A program made the translations under genes and the position numbers. The notes under the pieces are model-generated. The model did not search any database. It was not told the origin of the DNA and saw only the letters and a program-made list of their open reading frames with translations. DNA of 63,594 nucleotides, counting the filler, from Collodictyon triciliatum (taxonomy: Eukaryota): NCBI GenBank assembly GCA_043381765.1. It is 7 parts of 7 records of this genome, joined end to end, with 100 filler letters (N's around TTAATTAATTAA, not from the genome) between each part and the next. Parts side by side here need not be neighbours in the genome. Positions count along the whole stretch, not along the records: positions 1 to 10,717 come from JBHJMP010002578.1; positions 10,818 to 21,533 come from JBHJMP010002579.1; 5 more parts are not named here. The stretch is one strand, 5' to 3'. Below are positions 1 through 11,044 of this stretch, piece by piece. Numbering within the stretch: the stretch's first letter is position 1; the number at the start of each line of letters is the position of its first letter.

Positions 1-103
1 TTTGTTTTTTTTGTTTTTTGTTTTTTTGTTTTCTGCTATTAAAACTATTATTGTATTTATTAATGGTTTGTATGTTACCTCCAAGGAAAAATTATTAAAG
101 TCA

Positions 104-105
104 AA

Positions 106-176
<71 letters not shown>

Positions 177-179
177 ATA
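104..179 (+). repeat. (TAAA)n microsatellite
   Basis: Perfect tetranucleotide tandem array read directly. Confidence 0.95.
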
Positions 180-210
180 GAATGAAAAAAATCCAAAGTT
201 GCGGGCTCAC

Positions 211-478
211 TCTTGGGAACAGGGCTCCCGACAATTGAAGGCGACGACGCCATAGCCTGATTCCTCGAAGCCAAAGCGCGCGGATTCTACTGAGAAAAAA
301 AATGTTAGACACGAACCAGAAACACACGAAGCAGCAGCGCACCGGGCTCTTCTTCATCATCAACCTTGCGCAAACTCTTGTTCTGATGGTGATCAAGCAG
401 ATCATGCACTGCGCCTTTCTGTGATCGGCTGTGATCTGAAGGAGGCCGAAAGAGCAACGGTTTTTCTGTCCATGTCAT
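211..478 (-). CDS. Two 5' exons of a hypothetical gene running off the window start
   Basis: GC-richer open segments MTWTEKPLLFRPP...DDEEEP (478-343) and NPRALASRNQAMASSPSIVGSPVPK (about 287-211), with GT donors and a polypyrimidine-AG acceptor; no recognisable domain. Confidence 0.4.
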
Positions 479-659
479 ATCTGGATTTTATAGAATAAAT
501 ATAAATATAGAGTCTATAAAGCCCAGAAACCTTAATATAGCATGAAATATTTTACATTATACATTATATTCATTTAAATATATATAGATCACACTTCCAT
601 GTATATGGCATGGTGAAACCTGGATCAATCTGCTTAGCGGAATGTTCTGTTCGTGGCTG

Positions 660-690
660 GCAATATAAAAGTGGGCGGTAAACCAATCCA
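660..690. promoter_or_regulatory. Putative bidirectional promoter elements
   Basis: TATAAAA 664-670, GGGCGG 673-678 and CCAAT 683-687 clustered in the about 310-bp gap between divergent genes. Confidence 0.25.
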
Positions 691-789
691 AAAAGAAAAC
701 ACAGGGGTAGGCAAACTAAAAGGAAACCATCAGCAATCAACTCCATTTTTTCACGTCGTTGCGATCACCCCATCTTTTCCCACTTTCTG

Positions 790-3700
790 ATGCTACAACA
801 CTGGCATCAAAGGATGAATCCAAGGTGCGCGTCTGCCAGCCACAGAGTCCAGGTTTGCGGCACGCCCCAATCACCGCGGTTCTTCCTTTCCAGCGACTCT
901 GGATCAGCAACGCCTGTGGACGTAGTCTTGACTCTTGGATCTGTAGAGGACCTGCTTGATGATCCGAATTCGTTCCGTTTTGTGTTTCGCAAAGAAGCAG
1001 GTAGTAAGCTGGAATCCTCGGAGGAAGGCGACGAAGCGAAGGCGATCGTTGAGATCAGAGCCAGGCTTCGTGGCGGCGGAAACAGCATGTCGAGAACGAA
1101 AGTGAAGCCTGCAAAAGTCCCTGAGGCTGATCAGAGTGCGCCAAAGACGAGTCTAGGAGATCAGGAGCACGGCACCAGGTTTCTGGAGGGTGGCGAGGTG
1201 GGGGTTGCTGAGAGGAAGGCTGGACCGGTGGTTGCGAATGAGGCTGGACACTCGGTTGGAATGGATGAAAGGTTTGTCGACAGAAGCCGGGAATCAGCTT
1301 CCAGCACCTTGAATCACGAGATTGTTTCTGGTGTGGGTCGCGAAGGCGTCGTTGAAGATGGTCGTCAGTGTTTTGAGTCAGACTCAGAACCTAGAGAATC
1401 GTCCGGCAAAGTATTGATTTAATAATTTTGTTGGCCACTCAATTATCCATTTTCTTTTTTCTATTTCTTTTTCTATTTCTTTTCCAGCCATCAAGAAAAT
1501 TTTTATTTGAAAAAATTGAAATATCGAAGGCCACCCACTTACTATTTTTTTTATCTAGAGTCTCCTTCAATGGATGAATTACCATCTGAGAAAAGTGGGA
1601 TTAAGGGCAAAAAACCTACTTGATGACCTTGACGACGGATTTATCCTTATTATGTTGATTGAGTTGCTCGCAAATACGAAAATCAAAGGATTTGGAGTCA
1701 GATCAGATGCGTAAGGCTCAATCTAACCTCTATTCATAAATATTTTATTTCTGATTTTTTTTTAAATGTGCGTACCAGTGAAATTTTGGCATAGAATGAC
1801 ATGTTCATGGTCTAAATATCGCTCCAAGTACTTATTTTATTTCCTTATAGGGATACTCCGCTACGTAACCCACTAGATATCAGTAAAAATCGCCGCATTC
1901 TATATAATTGGCTTATGACTATCGGCAACACGCCACCGCAGTGGTCCGGAATGGATTTCCAAAAAATTAACTTTGCAGGTTTCCAACTCATCTCCCTCAA
2001 TCCAAAAAAAAAAATATACATAAGCTTAACTGGCTTTATGAATCGCTATGGCTTTTATTTTGTTTGGTATTGGTGGATAATAATTCAGCATTATATCTCT
2101 CACTTCAGATGTGGTCACCACATCGCTATGGACCTTAGTCGGAATATCCATCGATAAAAAAATTGATATCAACGTAATTTCTTTGAATTAGATGTAGCGA
2201 AAAACATAAATGCAATTTCGCGCAGAACAAAGCAAAACATACTTTTTTATAAATATTTTTTTTTATTCAATTTGTATCTTGTTGGTGTAGTCAGTCAGTT
2301 CCAATGCTCTTCGATTGGCTGAAAATCTATTCACAGAAATTGAACTCCCATTTCCTTTTGATGGTTTGCCACAAATGTTGTAATTTTAAGGCATGAATTT
2401 CCACCGTTTATCGCCTGTTAGTAAATATTGCTTTATAACCATCTTGTAGGGTTAGGCTTGAGTCTTAAAGGAGAAATTGTGCTTCTTCGAACTGCGATGA
2501 TATATGATAAAGTTTGTATTAATCTTGCTCGTGTGCATTTTATAAATTATATTCATTATTACTCTATATAATTGTATTTGATGATCACTCAGTAATATAA
2601 TCGTTAGGCATTTGCACACTTCTATTCTGTATTTTTATTTTCTATATTTTATTATCCACGAACTTTTAACCTATAACTTAGAAGTTTTTGCATATATATT
2701 GAAACTTCTAATCATTTCTGAATTTCTATCCTTTTTTTTACCTTAGATAAAGTCATTACAGAATGGTAGTAAGGTTGATATTAAGTCAAAGTGGATTGCT
2801 CCTCCTCAGAAGTTCAAGACATCCACCACACTGAAATCTGAAATATACGATCAAAGCGTTCTTCGGGTTTTCCTCTCGTCTACCTTTCGAGACATGCAGC
2901 ACGAACGTGATCGCTTCTTTCAGTATGGAGCAGTTGAGTAAGTTATGTTTGAACACAAAATGGACATAAATGTAATTTAAAAAAAATACTTGCTAATCAC
3001 GCTTTAGATTTTGATATAATCACATTATAATAGTATTTCTACTATTGAACTTCAAATTTAAGATAAATACTTATTTCAAAACTCAGGTTAAAAAGACTTG
3101 CAAAGTCTAAAGGAATAGAGATTGTCTTTATCGACCTGCGTTGGGGCGTTACAGCCCAGGATAGCAATGATGGTTGGGTATGAAAAAAAATTGTTTCATC
3201 ACATAGAAGTTCACTAAAAACACATGTAATCTTTTGAAAAGGTTCTCGTGAGATGCCTTGATTCGATTTCAAAATGTGCATACTTTGTATGTTCTTTGGG
3301 TGCGAGATATGGCTGGATTCCTGATCGTAACGATTCGTCCCAATGGCATCCTGAAACAGAACATCGATATCCATTCTTGCAGAAATTGAAAGGATTGAGC
3401 GTTACTGAATACGAGGTTTTTTTATCCCTCTTGTTCATCGTGAATTCTTTCATGAAATGAAGGGCCTAGGACCATAATAAGGGCCATCTGATCTGTAAGG
3501 ATCTGAAAAAAAGAACCTTTAAAAACGGGTATAGATTCAGTATGCTGCATTGATAGAGAAGCCTGCTTGCAGCAGAGTTTTCTTTTATTTTAGAGATGAA
3601 CAGTATGCTGTCAAAAATGCCAAAAATGAGAATGATAGAATTCTGTATCAGCCTGACGGTGAGCTAGGGGTATCCAATCGTTTACTTTGTGTTATAGTAT

Positions 3701-6700
3701 AACTTCTGTTCAAAAGTCAACTTGAAATTTTTTTTGACGAAATGGATTTGAAGTAACTGATGACTAAAACCACTCTTAGAGAGCGAAACAAGATGAATTG
3801 AAATCAAAGATTAATGCGAAGTTTGGGCCGGTTGTCTACTTCGGAGCTGACCAATACTCTGACTTAATTGTGTCACATTTATCTTACGCAATCAATGAAG
3901 ATTTTACAAATACTCAAGTAACTACTACAAAATATAAAAGTTGATGCTTTTTTTACATGTAAAAAAAAAAGAGTAAATTATTTATTGAAATATAGAGTGT
4001 AGTGGTGGATGATAATACGTAAGCATATTGAATGTAAAAATGAGAGCACTCTGATATATTCGCAATATCCTAGATGAGGGATCCAGAAGACCAAGCCCAC
4101 CACCAATTCAAACTGCATCGATTAGCTGGGTTTGAAGGAAGAACTCTCCTTCTTGAGAAGATTACTTCACACGTAAGAACTCATAATGCCACGGGGAATA
4201 AATGATTATCTATAATTCTATATTTATCCTCTTTTTTTTTAAAAAAAAAAAAGTGAGCAATAGCTTCAATAATGTCTAGATTGGAGATCAACTACAAGGA
4301 TATAAAGAAACTGCTCTTGTTCTTGCTGCAGAATCAGGCATAGGAAAGTCATCCCTTATGGCAGCTACAGTGAGAGAGCTCCAAAATCGCAAAATGGAGG
4401 ACACATCAATACTATACTATTTTGTTGGATGCACCAACTTGAGTAATTATGTGGAAAGGTATTTTTTTTCTCAATCAATACCATGAAAAAACATCGTAAC
4501 ACTTCAGCACTTGAGCAAATAATTCACGATCACATTAATGATAACTACGTGTGATAGCATCTCCATCCGATTTTGGAAGTTAGTTTTATCCGTATCCTCA
4601 TCTCTGAATGCTTGTGGAGAATACGACGGTTTCATTTTACAATTGAAAAATATTTTTATAAGACGTTAATTAATATGAATTTTATTCAATGTAAAAATAA
4701 TAAACTAAACTTTTGAATTATAGATAAAATACTCAAGGAGAAGGGACTGTTTGGTCTGTTTGAAGAGATATCCCGCTCACAGTCGTTTGTAGCTTACAAC
4801 TTTATATAATCTTGTGTTCCATAGAGGGTTTAAAATTTCGAAAGTACTAACGTAAGCTTCTTTTTTTTTCCAGCAATCAGAAATTTGTCTTTTTGGTTGA
4901 TGCAGTCAACCAACTTTACCCTTCAAAGGAGACACCTGTCCCCCATTTACTTTCTTGGCTACCAAAGACTCCATCCAAAAATATTTCAATAGCAATATCA
5001 ACCATTGACACTCATGAGTCATGCAAGGTGATTATCGATTTAACACCTAGAAAAGACTTATTCCCCTGTCCATATGAAGGCTAAGAGGCATATTAGGAAT
5101 ATTTTTATGTTACATATAACTTACAACTCAAAAATATGTAATGAATTCGTTCACACGATGCATGCCCCATCCTCTCATCTCCTTTTTCTTTTTCTTTTTC
5201 TTTTTCTTTTTCTTTTTCTTTTTCTTTTTCTTTTTCTTTTTCTTTTTCTTTTTCTTTTTCTTTTTCTTTTTCTTTTTCTTTTCTTTTTTCTCTCTCTTTT
5301 CTCTCTCTTTTCTCTCTTTTTTCTTTTTTCTTTCTTCTTTTTTCTTTTATCAGAATATTACTCTCTGAACTTGTGATAAAATAATCTAGAATGCAATAAC
5401 TAGTGGCTTGGATGTCATTCCGGTTTCTAGGCTATCAAAGTCTGAGATTAAACAGGGAGTCGTATCTTTTCTTGGGCGATATGACAAGCGACTAAATGAA
5501 AAACAAATGGATATGATCCTTGATGATCATGATAATATGGGTGAGTCAGCAACAATACCATAATATAATTGTGAGAAACAATTTATTTGTATTCCGTAGA
5601 CAATATCATGAACAAAAATATTTTTCAAAGGGCATCCGCTGTATTTGAGATTAGTTCTCGACGAAATACGCATTTTTGGTTCTTATGAAAAACTTGATGA
5701 TGAACTTCATGAATTATTATCCACTGACGGAGTTATTGACCTGTACAATCTTATCATTACAAGATGGGAAAAGAAATATACAATCAGAGGTATGGAATAA
5801 TCATTATATTTAAAATATAAAATATACTACCAATTCACATTTCTCAAGAAATACACTTAACGAAGCACCCCCCGCGTGTTAAATCATGCAGACAATAATA
5901 TGGTGGAAGCTGCTATGAAGGTCCTATTTATATCCAGGATAGGTATTGGTGAAATTGATTTAGATAAATACATAAAGTACATCACCGGAGCAAAATACAA
6001 TGTCGCTGAATGGTTTGCTTCCTTCGAAACATAATGTATCATATTATATGCATTTTTTGACCATCGAGCCGCTTTTTCGATTATTATTTTTTTTTTTTTT
6101 TTTTGCATAATCATTATGCATTCCAGGAAAACATTTTTCTATGCCTTGGCTGAGTCCCTTTTTGTTCGAAACGGAAGGTACTGATAAATTTGTCGCACGA
6201 ATGCGGTTTCAAAAATACTAAACGAGTGTCTTATTCTTTAGGTACATGTACTTTCACCAACTGTTGATTGAGACAGTAAAAGCCAGATACTTTACCAGTG
6301 AAGATTCAACGATGAAGTCACATAAGGAGTACGGGATGTGGTTATATGGTCAATATGCGGATATGGAGGCTACTGATACTGAAATGGTGGCAGAGATATG
6401 CCATCAATTACTGCGTGGGCAGTGCTATGATGCCCTTGTTGAATATCTGAAGAGTGAACATGTACTTTTTTTTCTAACTGCTATTACTTTTTAAACTGTG
6501 TTATATTTATATATAAAGAAAAACACATTCGATTGTCTGTAACATTACAGGTTGTTGTTAATATGCTTGGAGGAAGATATCGCTATGAATTCTTTAATTG
6601 CTGGAGGGTAATTAACCAGCAGGCTGAATCAAACTACAAAGCCGCCTATAGTAGTATGTGCAAAGTGAGTTTTTCTTTTTCGATGAATATTCAAAAAGTT

Positions 6701-9700
6701 AGCTCCCTATCCTTATACAATATATGGTTAACATATTCTGCTTTTATGTCAATTAAAGGGCCTTAGCAGGGCAGGCGACATGTTGGTCGATTTCTTCCTG
6801 GAGGTTTACGAAAATTCATTCTTAGTTTCCGTAATTCTACAGCGTCTTGCGAAAAGGCTCGATGAAGGTAAAACATGCTGCGATGAGCTGTGTAATTTGT
6901 GTCAAAAATAACTAACTTTTTCTTTAAATAGACACCAAAGCTCATGATTATATGGCATTAGGAATCGTCTACAAAAATATGAATAAGTATGCATACAAAT
7001 TAAGATATGTTCACGCTCAAATTCTAACGAGTCAAATATATGTAAAGGATCATATTACTACAAACAAAGAAAAATTTCGATATGAACTGTGTCTTACTTT
7101 TATTTTATACTTTCTCCCCTTTTAATTTTAATGAAGTAATAAACCCTAGTTGGAATCAATCTATGGAATATTTGAAGAAATGTCTTGAGCTGGAACTTTG
7201 CAAAGGTGAAAGTGGCACACTTGCCATAGCATCTATATACGATGAAATAGGGATCGTTTATAAGAGCCAATCAAGGTACATGCTCCCTTAATGAAAACTT
7301 ATTTCGAAGGTATCAAAGAAAAACTAGATTAGTCACTTATTTTATCTACTTGCGCAGGCTACAAGATGCTTTAGATTACTTCGAAAAGGCCTTGTGTATT
7401 AGAAAAAAATTATTTGGAATTCAGGATATTCAAGTCGCTCGTTCGCACGATTTACTGGGGAGTATTTACGTCATACAGGGAAAGTGGGTTATCCTTAATT
7501 TTCATGTTTCTTCCTCTTGTCCTTTCCAGTTTTTGATAAATCCGTGTTATAGGATATCTGATGCGATGACTGAATTCAAATTGGCCATGGATATAAGAGC
7601 AAAAATTGTGGGAAACGACCATCCTCTGATGGCCTTATCCCTTGAAAATATTGGCCATGTATGTGCTCTGGAATCTAGGTAAGTCTGTCACGCTCACCGT
7701 TGTCAGGCATCCCCCATGCACTGTTAATTTTGATTATCGCAGATATGGAGATGCCATGGATATGTACGAAAATGCAAAGACGATTCTTTTGCACTCTTTT
7801 GGACAGAGCCACCCATCGGTAGCCACAAATATACGATACATTTCTGATATTCACTACATGAATGGGAGGTTGGTCAGACATAAATTGCATATATAACATT
7901 CTTGATTTACTAGGGGATTATTTTTAGCAAGCTACTTACATTATGCTACGTAGGAATTTCGAGGCCTTAGAGCAACTTCAAATATCACTGCAAACCTTGA
8001 TTGAAAGTTTAGGGGAGAATCACCCAAAAGTTATTTCTGCACTTTGCAGAATAGCTGACATTACGAGAGAGATGAATATGTTCGTGATGAATTTTATACA
8101 TTTTAAGTAAAAATTAAGGTAGATTTAAAGACTGCGAAATTGACAATACATGCATTCATTTACCTTATGAAATTCTATTATTACTTTTGTTATTTGTAGG
8201 TTCCAAGAATGCTTAAGAGCCTGTCTTATGGTTCTTGATATTCGAAAAAGAACACTGGGATGTATGCATGTTGATGTAGCGGTAGCACTTGAGAATGTAG
8301 GCCGAACAAACTATGAAATGGGGAGGTATAGTCCGCATCAATTATAAACGAATATTTTTGCAGCTCTCTATTTTATTTTAATCACAGAATGCATAGTTTG
8401 GCGGTAATAATGTCTTGATTCATGTTTTAGATATGACCAAGTGGCGGACTACTTTGAAGAAGCATCAAAGATAAGGATATCAACAAATACAAACATATCT
8501 CTTGGGGAGGAACTTTGTCTCAAAATTGCAGACATGGCTTTGAAAAAGAAGGCGTTCACCTCAGTAATCTTATTATGCAAAGCAGCTATCCCATCACTTA
8601 TTGAGAGGCATTCGTATTCAAACTGGAATGCATTTATTGTGTGTCATAAAGTCGACAAAGTATTCCTCGAACAAGGACTTCATGAAGAGGCTACCTTGTT
8701 CTGGACTGGCATAAAGGATATGTTTGAAGAGAAATTTGGATGGACACATAATCGGGCCCTTATATCTTGTGAATACGCATCCATTCATTCAAAATACATG
8801 GGTATCCAAAGGGAGCCTGCAGAATTTACCAAAGTTGCTTCTTTCATAAATGAAAATTTGCATCATGACATCAGAGAGTCTCCGTGGAACCGAGAGAGAG
8901 TCATCCAAAATCTGTTGGACATAATAACCCGCTCGAAGAATGATGAAGCCAAGTCTATGCAAGCATCGGAGGCCGCAACGATGCTAAATTTCATGAATGT
9001 CCCACTAAATCAGGCCGATCTGACCCATTCGAACATACGCTTCGCCAATCTGACAAACTCAATCATCGATGGCGCTAACTTTACCAAATCAAACTTGGAA
9101 GGTGTTAGCTTCTCGAAGGCACTAATAGGAGACTGCGATTTTACAGGTGCCGATTTGAAAAACGTTCGATTTGGTATCCCACATCACGAATTGATAGGAC
9201 ATACCAACTTTGTGTATTGCGTTTGTGATGTAAAGGGGCCGAAAAATGAAACGTGGTTGGTCTCAGGAAGCAATGATAACACGGTGCGCATATGGGATTT
9301 GGCAACTGGTTCTGTGGTTGTCATACTCGAGGGGCACGCTAAAGATATCAACAGCATCTGCGCTGTAGAAGGTCCGAAGGGTGAAAGATGGATTGCCTCA
9401 GCCAGTGATGATAAAACAGTGCGTATTTGGGACCTGGGCTGTATGGAGCAAGTCATGATACTCGAAGGTCACGCAGACTTTGTGTTTTCTGTGACGACAG
9501 GGAAAGGCCCTCTCGGGGAAAATTGGTTGATTTCTGGAAGTAGAGATAGAACTGTTATTGTCTGGGACATGTCGACATGGGCACAGGTGAAGAAACTTGA
9601 AGGCCATGTCAGTTACGTGAATAGTATATGCACTATTAAAGGGCCTCGAGGTGAGAACTGGCTTGCCACTGGGAGCAATGACAACACAATAGGAATATGG

Positions 9701-10438
9701 GACTTGGCATCAGGAACTCTATTACGAATTATCAGAGGACACTTGAGCTTTGTCAGATATATCATCTCAATAACAAACCCCGACGGAAGAAGCTATGTGG
9801 TCTCAGGTAGCTATGACAACTCTATTCGCATATGGGACCCAGCCACAGGAAAGCAAGTCAGAGTATTGGAAGGGCACAGCGGTACTGTTTTTTCCCTGTG
9901 TGAAATCCATGGGCCACACGGAGAACATTGGTTGGCCTCCAGCAGTTGGGACAATACCATCCGAATATGGGATTTACCGACGGCGGTGGAGCTGAGGGTG
10001 ATTGAAGAGCATACAAGCCCTGTCATGTGCTTGAGTTGCATTAAAGCTCCTGGTGGCGAATATTGGCTTGCATCTGGGAGCAAGGACAAAACCATTCGGA
10101 TTTGGGATTTGGCATACTGCGATGAGATAAAGGCTGTGACGAAGAATCACTTGCTAATGAAGGACGAGCCTAAGCAGACATCAGGCCAAACTAATGGTAT
10201 ACCGCCCATTTTCAGCCCTTTGTTGGCACCCAAGAAACCAAACTCTAGTAAAAATGTTTTGGGGAAGGGTCAAATCGAGAATAGTGCCCTTGTTGAGCAG
10301 GAGTTTGAGAAACTATCTCTCGTTGGTCGGTTGAAGGGTGGTAGCATTCGTCTTCACCAGACAAGAAATATGGACGAATGGACGAGAAGTGTTCTCCTTT
10401 CGATAGGTGCGAAGGACGTGCACGAAAGCGAAGTTTGA
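790..10438 (+). CDS. Multi-exon STAND/NLR-like protein (TEP1/NWD1/NPHP3-like core): Ubl-like leader - CH - DUF4062 - NACHT-like NTPase - TPR - pentapeptide - WD40
   Basis: Manual splicing: CH domain SLLQWMNYHLRKVGLRAKNLLDDLDDGFILIMLIELLA (from 1559); DUF4062 VLRVFLSSTFRDMQHERD...IDLRWGVT...LGARYGWIP (about 2858-3420); Walker A AESGIGKS (4328-4351); Walker B FVFLVDAVNQL (about 4884-4916); GHPLYL motif (about 5630); TPRs such as VARSHDLLGSIY and HPLMALSLENIG (about 6930-8330); terminal exon 8431-10438 joins in frame (GR/YDQVADY) and encodes pentapeptide repeats and seven WD40 repeats. Junctions I checked are GT-AG and phase-consistent. Confidence 0.88.
5179..5345 (+). repeat. (CTTTTT)n intronic microsatellite
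   Basis: Hexamer tandem array decaying into CT-rich sequence. Confidence 0.9.
9191..10111 (+). repeat. Seven 135-nt (45-aa) WD40 coding repeats
   Basis: GH dipeptides 135 nt apart (9197, 9332, ...); each repeat reads roughly GPxGExWLxSGSxDxTxRIWD. Confidence 0.92.
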
Positions 10439-10717
10439 CTGCATGGGTTATTGATTTTCTACGGTATCAGAGAATGCAATAGATAACGCACCCATAAACA
10501 ACATCAGGAACACTATCATTTGAGAACAGCTCCTTTTCATTTTTCCCTTTTTCCCCTTTTTTCTTTTTTCTTTTTTTCTTTTTCTTTTTTATTTTTCTTT
10601 TTTCTTTTTCTTTTCTTTTCTTTTTTCTTTTTCTTTCCTTTTCTCTTTTCTTTTTTCGTTTTTTCTTTTTCTTTTTCTTTTCTATTTTCTTTTTCTTTGA
10701 AGTCCAAACTCCAGGAC

Positions 10718-10817
10718 NNNNNNNNNNNNNNNNNNNNNNNNNNNNNNNNNNNNNNNNNNNNTTAATTAATTAANNNNNNNNNNNNNNNNNNNNNNNNNNN
10801 NNNNNNNNNNNNNNNNN
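10718..10817. other. Artificial scaffold spacer N44-TTAATTAATTAA-N44 (cores also at 21578, 32489, 43300, 56527, 62239)
   Basis: An identical 12-mer giving stops in all six frames, embedded in N runs, occurs six times. Confidence 0.97.
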
Positions 10818-10900
<83 letters not shown>

Positions 10901-11044
10901 AAAAAAAAAAACAAAAAACAAAAAAAAAACAACAAAAAACTTTCATTAAACCAAAAAAGAAAAAACCATAAAAAATTAAAATACAAAAAAAACTAGAAAA
11001 ATTCCAAGCATAAGTTCGAACGAACTCATAGTTTTCCCCCTAAA

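Noticed and set aside
5074-5376. Poly-F, poly-N, poly-Y and IYLF ORFs (also at 15051, 32489, 47814, 60662, 61948)
   Set aside because: Translations of intronic or intergenic microsatellites.
9191-10111. Regularly spaced repeats as a CRISPR-like array
   Set aside because: They are diverged in-frame WD40 coding repeats with no identical repeat-spacer structure.
10762-10773. Recurrent TTAATTAATTAA palindrome as a biological site, and gene clustering across it
   Set aside because: Always embedded in N44 runs: an all-frame-stop assembly spacer. Genes on different sides are not demonstrably linked.
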